52,990 nt of DNA from assembly GCA_036006105.1 (NCBI GenBank), contig DASYPZ010000033.1, positions 1-52,990 of the forward strand. Reading direction: 5' to 3'. The DNA is from Gemmatimonadales bacterium (GTDB lineage Bacteria > Gemmatimonadota > Gemmatimonadetes > Gemmatimonadales > GWC2-71-9). The position numbers and the translations under genes were made by a program. The stretch's first letter is position 1, and each line of letters begins with the position of its first letter. Below the pieces are notes generated by a model that had not been told where the DNA came from, did not search any database, and saw only the letters and a program-made list of their open reading frames with translations. This document shows positions 36,484 to 46,480 of the stretch, one piece after another.

Positions 36484-37244
36484 AGCGTTACGTTCTGGCC
36501 GCCGCGGTCCTGCTGCTGATCGCGGTTCCCCTGCTGGTCCGCGCCCAGCGGGGCTGCAACGGATGCGAGGCGCTGGTGGCGCCGCCCAATCCGAAATACG
36601 ACGGGCGGTTCACCTACGCGCGCATCAAGTTCACCATTCTGGGCGGGGATTTCGGCGGCCGGTTCCAGGACATCAAGTGGGGGCACGACTATCCCCAGGC
36701 CGATCATCACTTCCCCAAGATCATCCAGGAGCTGACCACGGTCGAGACCCGCACCGAGGAGAGCGTCATCCTCGCGCTGGACGATCCCGAGCTGTTCAAG
36801 TTCCCGTTCGCGTACATGTGCGAGCCGGGGTACTGGCTCCCCAGCGACAAGGAAGTGGCGGGCCTCCGGAATTACCTGCTCAAGGGCGGATTCCTCATCA
36901 TCGACGACTTCGTCGGTCCGCACTGGAACAATTTCGAGACCCAGATGCGGAAGGTGCTGCCCGGGGCGCGCATGATCCCGCTCACCGCCGACATGCCGAT
37001 CTTCGATTCGTTCTACCGGATCCCGTCCCTGGACTTCGATCATCCCTATTACGGGGTGAGGGCCCAGTTCTACGGGATCTTCGAGGACAACGATCCCACC
37101 AAGCGGATGATGGCGATCGTCAACTACGACTACGACGTCAGCGAATACTGGGAATTCTCCGATACCGGCCTGTTTCCCATCGACCTCTCGAACGAGGCCT
37201 ACAAGCTCGGCGTCAATTACCTGATCTACGCTTTTTCCCATTGA
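36480..37244 (+). CDS. DUF4159 domain-containing secreted protein
   Basis: Signal peptide. Family-typical blocks: FTYARIKF, W.HDYP.AD, DDPELFKFPFAYM.EPG, YLLKGGFLIIDDF. Confidence 0.85.
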   Translation: MKRYVLAAAVLLLIAVPLLVRAQRGCNGCEALVAPPNPKYDGRFTYARIKFTILGGDFGGRFQDIKWGHDYPQADHHFPKIIQELTTVETRTEESVILALDDPELFKFPFAYMCEPGYWLPSDKEVAGLRNYLLKGGFLIIDDFVGPHWNNFETQMRKVLPGARMIPLTADMPIFDSFYRIPSLDFDHPYYGVRAQFYGIFEDNDPTKRMMAIVNYDYDVSEYWEFSDTGLFPIDLSNEAYKLGVNYLIYAFSH

Positions 37245-37260
37245 TCGAAAGGACCGGAGC

Positions 37261-38295
<1,035 letters not shown>

Positions 38296-38300
38296 CGACG

Positions 38301-39197
38301 ATGACCGCGCCGTCCGGCTTCCTCGACCCCGCCCTCCTCGCCCGCATCGGGGATCTCTCGCTGCTGGCGCGCAACGTGGTCGATGGCTTCATGCACGGGC
38401 TGCACCGGTCCCGCCGGGTCGGATTGTCGCTCGATTTTGCCGAGCACCGCTCCTATCAGCCGGGCGACGACATTCGCCGGATCGACTGGCGGGTCTATGG
38501 CCGCACCGACCGGTATTACGTCAAGGAATACGAGGCCGACACCAACGCCGCGGTGACGTTCGCGCTGGATGCCTCGGGCTCGATGGATTTCGGGAGCGGC
38601 GCGGTCACCAAGTTCGATTACGGCCGGTTCCTGGTGGCGTCGCTCGCCTGGCTGTCGCAGCACCAGGGAGACCGGGTCGGGCTGGTGACCTTCTCCGGGG
38701 ATCTGCTCGAGGTGGTGCCGCCCTCGACCCGGCATCTCCGCCTGATCCTCCACACCCTGGGTCGGGCGAGTGCGCGCGGCGCGGGACGGCTTACGCCGGT
38801 CCTGGAGCGCGCCGCGCGGCTGTCCAGCCGCGCCGGGATCGTGGTGATCGTGTCGGACTGCTATGAAGATCCCGCCCAGCTGCAGCTCGGCATCGGCTCA
38901 CTCCGGGTCCGGGGTCATGACGTGATTCTCTTTCACGTCCTGGATCCGGCCGAACGGGATCTCCCCGGTGAAGGAGCCGCGACGTTCGAAGACGCGGAAA
39001 CCGGCGAGCGCCTGCCGCTCCGCCCGGAGGAGCTGCGGGAGCGCTACCTGCACGAGATGAGCGCCCACCGCGCCGAGCTCTCCCGCCGCCTGGGCGCGGA
39101 TCGAGCGGACTATGTGCCACTCACCACCGACCAGCCACTCGATGGGGCGCTCTATGCCTATCTCGAGCACCGTCTCGCGGCGAGCCGGGTGCGCTGA
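38301..39197 (+). CDS. DUF58 domain-containing protein (VWA-like, MoxR partner)
   Basis: HRS...G.S.DFAEHR.Y.PGDD.RRIDWRV..RTD..YVKEYE motif, then MIDAS LDASGSM. Confidence 0.9.
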   Translation: MTAPSGFLDPALLARIGDLSLLARNVVDGFMHGLHRSRRVGLSLDFAEHRSYQPGDDIRRIDWRVYGRTDRYYVKEYEADTNAAVTFALDASGSMDFGSGAVTKFDYGRFLVASLAWLSQHQGDRVGLVTFSGDLLEVVPPSTRHLRLILHTLGRASARGAGRLTPVLERAARLSSRAGIVVIVSDCYEDPAQLQLGIGSLRVRGHDVILFHVLDPAERDLPGEGAATFEDAETGERLPLRPEELRERYLHEMSAHRAELSRRLGADRADYVPLTTDQPLDGALYAYLEHRLAASRVR

Positions 39198-41263
39198 TGG
39201 GAGCCCTGGGATTCCTGGTGCCGGCGTTCCTGGCGGGATTGGCGGCGCTCGCGCTGCCGGTCCTGTTTCATCTCCGGCACCGGGAACGGGACCGGGCCCA
39301 TCGATTTCCCTCGCTGATGTTCCTGCGCCGTATTCCGATTCGCACCGCCCAGCGCCGCCGGATTACCGATTGGCTGCTGTTGCTGCTGCGGGCGGGGGTC
39401 GTGGCCCTGCTGGTGGCGGCCTTTGCCCGTCCGTTCCTGGGCCGCTCCACTCCGGCGGCATCCGCGGTGCCCATCCGCACGGTGGTGCTCCTGCTGGATC
39501 GTTCGCTCAGCATGGGTCACGGCGCCGTGTGGCCCGCCGCGCTGGATTCCTCGCGGCGGATCGTGGCGTCACTCGGGGCGGGTGCCCGGGTGGCGGTGGT
39601 GCTGTTCGATGAAGAGGCCCAGGTGGCGCAGGCCTTCACGCAGGACCACGGGCTGGCCACCGCGGCGATCAATGCCGCCCGCCCGTCGGCCCGGGGGACT
39701 CGCTACGCCGCGGCGCTTCGCGCCGCGCGGCGTCTGGTGGCCGATGCGCACGCCGGCGCCGCCGAGGTTTTTGTGGTGACCGACCTTCAGCGAACCGGCC
39801 TCGATGGCCTCGCGGGGCTCGAGCTGCCCCCCGAGCTCGATGTCCGCGCGGTGTCGGTGGTCCCGGCCCGCCGGCCCGACGCCGCGGTCGCCGGCGCGGA
39901 GGTCCAGCGGGTCTCCGACGGGGACCGCAGCCGGCTCCTGGTCTCGGCCCGGATCACCCTGCGAGATCGGCCCGCTCCGGTCCGCGGCCGGCTCTCGCTG
40001 GCGGTGAACGGCCGGGTTGCGACCACTCGTGATCTCACCCTTCCCGCGGATGGCGCCCTCTCGGTCGCCTTCGACCCGGTGCCGCTTCCCCGCGGCCGCG
40101 CCACCGCCGCCGTCTTCCTGGAACCCGATGCGCTGCCCGCCAACGACTCGCTCCGCTTCGTGGTCCCGGCGGAGGAGGCGCTTCGCGTGCTGCTGGTCGT
40201 CCCCGCGGACGCCACCCCGGAAGAGACGCTCTTCCTGGAGCGCGCGTTAGGAATCGGACGCGCGCCTTCGTTGACCGTGGAGCGCCGCCGCGCCGGCGCG
40301 CTCGATGCCCGTGCGCTGCAGGGTGCGGCGGTGGTGCTGCTGTTCGACAGCCCGATCCCTTCCGGCGCGGCGTTCGATGGCTGGGTCAGACGTGGAGGCG
40401 GCCTCATCGTGGCGGCGGGGCGCCGGCTGTCGACCCGACCCACCGGTTCCCCGCTCCTCCCCGGCACCATTCGCGGGGCGGTGGAGCGGATGAACGATCG
40501 CGGTGGTGCCTTCGGCGAAGTGTCGCTCGACCATCCGATTTTCTCGCCGTTCCGGGGCGGCGGCGCCGCGGCGCTGGGTGCCGCGCGATTCCTCCGCTAT
40601 GCGCGAGTCAGCGCCGATTCCGGTGCCGAGGTCCTGGCCCGATTCGACGATGGCAATCCCGCCCTGGTCGAGCGGGCCGCCGGCGCCGGACGGACGCTGC
40701 TGCTCGCGGCGCCGCTCGACGCCGTCTCGGGAGACTTTCCCCTCCAGCCGGCGTTTCTGCCGTTTCTTCGCCGGCTGGCGCTCTACGCGGTCGGCTACGA
40801 GCCGCCGCCGCTCTGGCACACGACCGGCGAGACCGTCTTCACGCCGCGATCGCTGGGGAATCCGGTGGTCGCGACGCCGACTGGCGCGCTGCGGCGGCCG
40901 GCCGGCGACTCGGGAGCCCGCGCAATGGCGCTCCCGGAAGCCGGCTTCTACGATGTATATGATGGACGGGCCGCCGGGGAGCCCGCGATGGTGCTGGCCG
41001 CCAACCCCCCGGCCGCGGAATCCGACCTGACCGTGTCCGATCCGCGGGAGCTGCTGCTGGGTGTCCATCGGAGTGATTCGGTGCGGGTCGAACCGGCCGG
41101 ACCCGAAGCGCCGGCCCAGCGTGAGGGACGCCAGCGCCTCTGGCGTCTCCTGCTGACCGGCGCCGCGCTGCTGCTGTTGGTCGAGACCGTCCTGGCGAAT
41201 CGTGGCTGGCGCGCCACTTCCGCTGTCGTCCTGCCGGCGCCGCCCGAAAGGAGCACATCATGA
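39197..41263 (+). CDS. BatA-N-terminal (double-TM) domain VWA protein
   Basis: N-terminus FLAGLAALALPVLFHLR...R..FPSLMFLR (aerotolerance-regulator N-terminal motif). MIDAS LLLDRSLSM, GTRY and VVTDLQ. TGATG overlap upstream. Confidence 0.88.
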   Translation: MGALGFLVPAFLAGLAALALPVLFHLRHRERDRAHRFPSLMFLRRIPIRTAQRRRITDWLLLLLRAGVVALLVAAFARPFLGRSTPAASAVPIRTVVLLLDRSLSMGHGAVWPAALDSSRRIVASLGAGARVAVVLFDEEAQVAQAFTQDHGLATAAINAARPSARGTRYAAALRAARRLVADAHAGAAEVFVVTDLQRTGLDGLAGLELPPELDVRAVSVVPARRPDAAVAGAEVQRVSDGDRSRLLVSARITLRDRPAPVRGRLSLAVNGRVATTRDLTLPADGALSVAFDPVPLPRGRATAAVFLEPDALPANDSLRFVVPAEEALRVLLVVPADATPEETLFLERALGIGRAPSLTVERRRAGALDARALQGAAVVLLFDSPIPSGAAFDGWVRRGGGLIVAAGRRLSTRPTGSPLLPGTIRGAVERMNDRGGAFGEVSLDHPIFSPFRGGGAAALGAARFLRYARVSADSGAEVLARFDDGNPALVERAAGAGRTLLLAAPLDAVSGDFPLQPAFLPFLRRLALYAVGYEPPPLWHTTGETVFTPRSLGNPVVATPTGALRRPAGDSGARAMALPEAGFYDVYDGRAAGEPAMVLAANPPAAESDLTVSDPRELLLGVHRSDSVRVEPAGPEAPAQREGRQRLWRLLLTGAALLLLVETVLANRGWRATSAVVLPAPPERSTS

Positions 41264-44200
41264 GTCCCTACGCCGATCGGAACGAAGCCGAGCGCGAGCT
41301 CGCGATGGCGGTGCGCCGGCTCCGGCGGGGATGGCGCCTCCGCGTGCTGGCGGAAGGCGCGGCTCGCGTCGCGGTGGCCGCGCTGCTGGCCCTGCTGGCG
41401 GGCGCGGCGCTGGCCGGCATTCTCGGAGCGGGCTCCGCGGCGGTAGTCACCATGCGGGTGCTGGGCTACCTGCTCATCGCGGCGGCGGTGCTGCGCTACC
41501 TGCTGATTCCGGGTCTCCGCCGTGCCGATGATGCGAAGCTCGCGCTCTATGTCGAAGAGCGTGCTCCGGAGCTCCGTCAGACGCTGCTCAGCGCGGTCCA
41601 CGAGCTTCAGGTCGCTCCGGACGCGCGCCCGTCTCCGGCGCTCTCGGCGCGCGTGATGCAGCAGGCGCTGGCGGAGGTGCGCCGGATCGAAGCCGGCCCC
41701 GGCCTGGAACGCTCCAGGGTGGGTCGCGCCGGCGCGCTGCTGGCCGCGGTGGGCGTGGCGGCGGCGCTGCTGCTGGCCGTGGGTCCCGCGGTCCTCAAGG
41801 ACGCCGCCAAGGTCCTCTTCATTCCCTGGTCCGAGGCGGAGGCCGCGCCGGTATTCGCGGTGACCGTCCTGCCGGGCGACGCCCAGGTGCCCAAGGGCGG
41901 CGCCGTGGAGCTCAAGGCCTCACTCCGCGGATTTGCTGCATTGTCCGCCGAGCTGGTGCTGAAGACGGATACCGCTACCGAATGGGTCCGGATTCCGATG
42001 CTGCGAGATTCCGCCGCCGCGGGATTCTCCAGCCGGCTCTTCGACCTGACCCGCACGACCGAATACTACGTCGAGGCCGACGGCGTGCGATCGCGCGCCT
42101 TCCATCTCACCGTGGTGGACTTGCCGGCAGTCGAGCGGCTCTCGCTCGAGCTGCGATTCCCGGCGTACACCGGGCTCCCCCCGGAGCGGATCGAGAGTGG
42201 CGGCGACGTGGCCGCGGTTCGCGGAACCACGGTCACCGTGCGCGCCCGCATCACCAAGCCGGTGAAGGGCGGCTCCATCCGGCTGGACGACCGGACCACC
42301 GTGCCGCTTCGTGCCGATTCGTCGGGACGCCTGGTCGGCTCCTTCCGGGTGTCCCGCAATGGGTTCTATCGCGTCGACCTCATCGCCGCGGACGGGACGC
42401 CCGTGCCGGGCACGCTGCAGTATGTCATCGAGGCGCTCGACGATCACGGACCGACGGTGCGCATCGAGCAGCCGGGCCGGGATACCAAGGTCACTTCGGT
42501 GGAAGAGGTGGCCGTCGCCGTGCACGCCTCGGACGACTACGGCGTGGAGGCGCTGGAGCTGCGCTACCGCGTGAACGGGGGCGCCGAGCAGCGGATCGCC
42601 CTGACCGATTCGGCCGGTCACGCCACTCAGGAAACCCGGGCGGCCCACACGCTCTTCCTCGAAGAACTCGGCCTCAAACCGGGAGACCTGGTGTCCTACT
42701 TTGCCGCCGCCAGGGACGGCGCCGGCAACTCCTCCTCGAGCGACATCTACTTTCTCGAGGTTCGGCCGTTTGGACGCGACTACAAGCAGGCGGAAGCGGG
42801 CGGTGGTGGCGGGGGCGGCGGAGAGCAGAGCCCGGAAGGGCTTTCGGCACGGCAACGGGAAATCGTGGCCGGAACCTTCAACTGGCTCCGCGACAGCGCC
42901 CGGACGGCCGAGCGCGAGCGCCGCGAGAATCTCACCACGCTGGCCATTTCCCAGGGACAGCTCAAGACCGATGTGGGCGAGCTGGTGCGCCGCCTGGTCG
43001 AACGCAACATTCTCGCCGCCGACACCACCTTCAAGCTGATTCACGCCGCGCTCGACTCGGCCGGCAAGGAAATGCAGGCCGCCGAGGAGCGGCTTGGGCT
43101 GGGAGACCCCGAGGGCTCATTGCCGCGAGAACAGCGCGCCCTCCAGCTGGTCCAGCGCGCCGAAGCCGCGTACCGCGAGGTACAGGTTCAGCTCGGCCAA
43201 CAGGGCGGCGGCGGCGGCGGGGGCGCGAAGCAGAGCGCCGAAGACTTGGCCGACCTGTTCGACCTGGAAACCGACAAGCTGCAGAATCAGTACGAGTCGG
43301 TGCAGCAGGAACAGCAGCAGAGCGCGCAACAGGAGCTGGATGAGACCGCCGAGCGGCTCAAACGGCTGGCCAGCCGGCAGCAACAGGAAAACGAGCGGAT
43401 GCAGCGGATGGCTGATGCGCTCAAGGACCGCATGGGACAGCAAGGCGGTGGCGGCGGGGGCGGGGGACAGCAGCGCCAGCTCGCCAAGGAAGCCGAGGAG
43501 GAAGCCCACCGGCTGGAGCGCCTGGCGCGGGAGAAGAACTCTCCCGAGCTGGCGCAGGCGGCCCGCCGGATGCAGGAGGCCGCCGATGCGATGAAGCGGG
43601 CGGCCGCCGATTCGCCCAATGCGCCGTCCCAGGGTGGCACCGCGCTGGATCGGCTCAAGGGCGCCAGCAAGGATCTGGAGAACGCCCGCACCGAAGGACA
43701 GAGCGAGAGCGTGCGGGACCTGCAACGCCGGGCCGGAGACCTCGGCAATCGTCAGCGCGAGATCGCCGGAGGCGTCAAGGAGCTGGCCGGCGCAAGTGGA
43801 GCCGACCGGGCGGAGAAGATGCGCCGCCTGGGCGAGCGCAAGGATGGCCTCGCCTCGGACGTCGAGCGGCTCCAGGCGGACGCCGAGCGCCTCGCCCGGG
43901 AAACCCGGCGGGATCAACCGGGTGCGGCGGGAAAGATCGACAATGCGGCCACCACTATCCGGGACAGCCGGATCCACGACAAGGTGCTCTATTCCAAGGA
44001 CGTGATGCGAACCGGCTCTCCCGAGCTGTCCGACCGGATCGAGGGTCAGATCACCGAGAATCTGGACGACGTGGCCGGGAAGCTGCGCCAGGCGGCCGGC
44101 GCGCTGACCGAATCCGAGGACGCGCGGCGCGAGCGAGCGCTGGACCGGGCCCGTGAGCTGGTTCAGGGTCTCGAGTCTCTCAAGGATCGGATCGGGGCAA

Positions 44201-44739
44201 AGCAGGGGCAGGGCGGGCAGAGTGGGAAGGAGGGTCAGGAAGGACAGCAGAACGGGGCGGGCAAGCAGGGCCAGGGGCAAGGTCAGGGGCAAGGGCAAGG
44301 GCAAGGCCAACAACCGGGAGGCCAGCAGAATGGTCAGGGCGGCGGGCAGAGGCCCGGCGGCACTCCGGGTGGTGATCCGATCTCCGGCGGCGATGCCCGC
44401 CAGTTCGCGCGGGAGTTTCGGCTCCGCCGAGAGGCCGCCGAGAGTCTGAGCCGCGAGCTGGCCGGGAAGAACCTGGACGTCGCTGATCTCGAGAAGGCCA
44501 TTGGTGATCTCAAGCGGCTCGAATCGGGTCGTGCCTTCGGCGATCCGAAGCACCTGGAGCAGCTGCAGCAGGATGTCATCGAAGGATTGAAGAACTGGGA
44601 ATTCCGTCTCTGGCGGACGCTGGGGCAGACCGGCGGCGACCGTCCCGCGATGGGCGCGCCGGCGGCGGCCCCGCCCGAGTACCGCACGCTGGTCGAGGAA
44701 TACTACCGGTCCCTGGCGAGGAAGAAGCCGCCCCAATGA
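41260..44739 (+). CDS. large membrane-anchored coiled-coil/low-complexity protein (DUF4175-like, tentative)
   Basis: N-terminal TM helices, a beta-rich middle region, then about 600 aa rich in Glu/Gln/Arg/Ala heptads. This region is interrupted by three poly-Gly tracts and a (GQ)n tract. ATGA overlap with the upstream gene. Confidence 0.75.
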   Translation: MSPYADRNEAERELAMAVRRLRRGWRLRVLAEGAARVAVAALLALLAGAALAGILGAGSAAVVTMRVLGYLLIAAAVLRYLLIPGLRRADDAKLALYVEERAPELRQTLLSAVHELQVAPDARPSPALSARVMQQALAEVRRIEAGPGLERSRVGRAGALLAAVGVAAALLLAVGPAVLKDAAKVLFIPWSEAEAAPVFAVTVLPGDAQVPKGGAVELKASLRGFAALSAELVLKTDTATEWVRIPMLRDSAAAGFSSRLFDLTRTTEYYVEADGVRSRAFHLTVVDLPAVERLSLELRFPAYTGLPPERIESGGDVAAVRGTTVTVRARITKPVKGGSIRLDDRTTVPLRADSSGRLVGSFRVSRNGFYRVDLIAADGTPVPGTLQYVIEALDDHGPTVRIEQPGRDTKVTSVEEVAVAVHASDDYGVEALELRYRVNGGAEQRIALTDSAGHATQETRAAHTLFLEELGLKPGDLVSYFAAARDGAGNSSSSDIYFLEVRPFGRDYKQAEAGGGGGGGGEQSPEGLSARQREIVAGTFNWLRDSARTAERERRENLTTLAISQGQLKTDVGELVRRLVERNILAADTTFKLIHAALDSAGKEMQAAEERLGLGDPEGSLPREQRALQLVQRAEAAYREVQVQLGQQGGGGGGGAKQSAEDLADLFDLETDKLQNQYESVQQEQQQSAQQELDETAERLKRLASRQQQENERMQRMADALKDRMGQQGGGGGGGGQQRQLAKEAEEEAHRLERLAREKNSPELAQAARRMQEAADAMKRAAADSPNAPSQGGTALDRLKGASKDLENARTEGQSESVRDLQRRAGDLGNRQREIAGGVKELAGASGADRAEKMRRLGERKDGLASDVERLQADAERLARETRRDQPGAAGKIDNAATTIRDSRIHDKVLYSKDVMRTGSPELSDRIEGQITENLDDVAGKLRQAAGALTESEDARRERALDRARELVQGLESLKDRIGAKQGQGGQSGKEGQEGQQNGAGKQGQGQGQGQGQGQGQQPGGQQNGQGGGQRPGGTPGGDPISGGDARQFAREFRLRREAAESLSRELAGKNLDVADLEKAIGDLKRLESGRAFGDPKHLEQLQQDVIEGLKNWEFRLWRTLGQTGGDRPAMGAPAAAPPEYRTLVEEYYRSLARKKPPQ
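44269..44310 (+). repeat. in-frame hexanucleotide (GGN-CAR)x7 microsatellite encoding (GQ)7
   Basis: ggccaggggcaaggtcaggggcaagggcaagggcaaggccaa read directly. It lies inside CDS 41260-44739. Confidence 0.9.
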
Positions 44740-44743
44740 CCCA

Positions 44744-45160
44744 ATGACCGATCTTCACATCCTGATTGGTACCCTGGGGTTCGAGGCCCGGTTCGAGCGG
44801 GCGCGCGCGCCACTCAGCTGCGCCGCGTTCGAAGCACTCCTGCCCTTCGAACATCCGGCCATCCAGGCGCGCTGGAGCGGCCAGGCGGCCTTCGTGCCGC
44901 TTGGCCTCGCCGCGCTGAGCCTGCCCGCCGAAAATGCTACCCGCTTCCCGGCCCCCGGCGAGCTGCTGCTGTATCCCGGCGGCATCAGCGAAGTGGAGGT
45001 GCTGATCCCCTACGGTCCCACCGCGTTCGCCAGCAAGGCGGGTCCGCTGGCCGGGAACCACTTCCTGACCATCGTCTCGGGGAACGAACAGCTGGAGGAG
45101 CTGGGCCGCAGGGTCTTGTGGGAGGGAGCCCAACAGGTGCGCATTCGGCGCGCGAACTGA
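44744..45160 (+). CDS. DUF3830-family (cyclophilin-like fold) protein
   Basis: The blocks LLYPGGISEVE...YG...FASK.G.LAGNHFLTIV and VLWEGAQ match my recollection of this family. Starts 4 nt after the upstream stop. Confidence 0.6.
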   Translation: MTDLHILIGTLGFEARFERARAPLSCAAFEALLPFEHPAIQARWSGQAAFVPLGLAALSLPAENATRFPAPGELLLYPGGISEVEVLIPYGPTAFASKAGPLAGNHFLTIVSGNEQLEELGRRVLWEGAQQVRIRRAN

Positions 45161-45180
45161 CGCATTCCCGGAAAGCTTCC

Positions 45181-45543
45181 ATGACCATCACCCGTATTGG
45201 AATCACCGATCCCGTCAACGGCATGCCGGTCATGAGCCGCGCCGTCGTGCGAGGCGACACCGTGTATCTCTGCGGGGTCGTCCCCGATCCCGCCGGCGAC
45301 ATCGCCACCCAGACCCGGCAGGTCCTCGAGAAGATCGACCAGATGCTGACCGGTGCGGGGAGCGACAAGTCCAGGCTCCTGACCGCCCAGATCTGGCTCG
45401 CCGACATGGGTCATTTCGCGGCGATGAACGCGGTGTGGAATGCCTGGGTGGATCCGAAGAATCCTCCGGTGCGGGCGTGCGTGCGCGCGGATCTCTACCG
45501 CCCTGAAGTGCTGGTCGAAATCATGGTCACCGCGGCCCGATAA
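45181..45543 (+). CDS. RidA/YjgF-family reactive-intermediate deaminase
   Basis: Length is about 120 aa. Motifs: G..VYL.G....D......Q...VL..ID..L...G.....LL...IWL.D, and R.CV.A.L.....VEI. Confidence 0.85.
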   Translation: MTITRIGITDPVNGMPVMSRAVVRGDTVYLCGVVPDPAGDIATQTRQVLEKIDQMLTGAGSDKSRLLTAQIWLADMGHFAAMNAVWNAWVDPKNPPVRACVRADLYRPEVLVEIMVTAAR

Positions 45544-45592
45544 TCGGCGCTAGATTCCCCGATCATCGAAACACCAACCGGGGAAGCCCACC

Positions 45593-46480
45593 ATGACCGC
45601 TGAAATCCGCGGCGCGCGCCGCGCCATGCCACCAATGCTCCTGGCCCTTTGCCTGGCGGCCGCTCTCTCTGCTCCGGTCCACGCCCAGGATGAGCCATCC
45701 GGCCCCCGGGTGGACAGCACTCGGCAGGGTCAGCGCTTCGATACCGACGGCAATCATGCCGCCGCGCGCGCGATCTTTCTCCAGCTCATCGAGACCGCTC
45801 CCGATCCGGCCGCGAAGGCAGCGGCCCAGCGCCGGATGGCGATTTCCTACGGATTCGAAGGCAACTGCGCCAAGGCCGTCGGCTATGAGGAGCTGGTCCT
45901 CGGGTACTGGGCGACCCGCGAATCGGCCGAACCGCAGAACGCCTTCTTCCAGGAGGGCGAGACGGCGAACGAGGCGGCTCGGCTCTGTATCGACGCCGGA
46001 GACCTCGCAACCGCCGAGCGAATGTACCGGCGGGGAAATGAAATGGCACTCAAGGAGCCGGAGCCGAAAACCCATCCGCGAAGCCTGTGGGACTACCGGC
46101 TCGCCCACGCGATGGCGCGTCTCGCCGCTCGCCGGGGCAACGCCGCGGAAGCGCAGCGTCAGGTGGACCAGGCCCGCAAGATCCTGGCGTCCGATTCCGC
46201 CATGGCCGCGGGCCAGGCCCGCTACCTGCCGTATCTGGTCGGCTACGTGGCGCTGTACACCAATGATTTCACGACCGCAGAGACCGAGCTGACCAAGGCT
46301 ACCGAGCTCAACAAGAACGATCCTTTCATGCAGGTACTTCTCGCGATGACCTACGAAAAGACGGGACGGAAGGATTTGGCGATGGAGCGGTACCGCAAGG
46401 CGTATGACCTGGCCACGGGGCATACCCCGCCCGCGGCCTTCGCCCGGCCTTATGCGGCCAGGAAGCTGGGTGCGCCATGA
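45593..46480 (+). CDS. secreted TPR-like repeat protein
   Basis: Signal peptide ...LSAPVHAQ. Helical repeats rich in Ala/Tyr/Leu. Later Met codons are possible alternative starts. Confidence 0.6.
   Translation: MTAEIRGARRAMPPMLLALCLAAALSAPVHAQDEPSGPRVDSTRQGQRFDTDGNHAAARAIFLQLIETAPDPAAKAAAQRRMAISYGFEGNCAKAVGYEELVLGYWATRESAEPQNAFFQEGETANEAARLCIDAGDLATAERMYRRGNEMALKEPEPKTHPRSLWDYRLAHAMARLAARRGNAAEAQRQVDQARKILASDSAMAAGQARYLPYLVGYVALYTNDFTTAETELTKATELNKNDPFMQVLLAMTYEKTGRKDLAMERYRKAYDLATGHTPPAAFARPYAARKLGAP

Noticed and set aside
44269-44310. Possible CRISPR-like or regulatory repeat arrays (the GQ microsatellite, poly-Gly codon tracts, the 50593-50634 repeats)
   Set aside because: Units are 3-14 nt with no spacers, lie inside or at the end of CDS, and no cas genes are present. 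They are simple-sequence repeats.
43117-44736. 539-aa minus-strand ORF and other long frames (41982-43343 plus, 41920-43044 minus) inside the coiled-coil gene
   Set aside because: They are antisense or out of frame with CDS 41260-44739, which is overlap-coupled to its upstream neighbour and has coherent TM and coiled-coil features.
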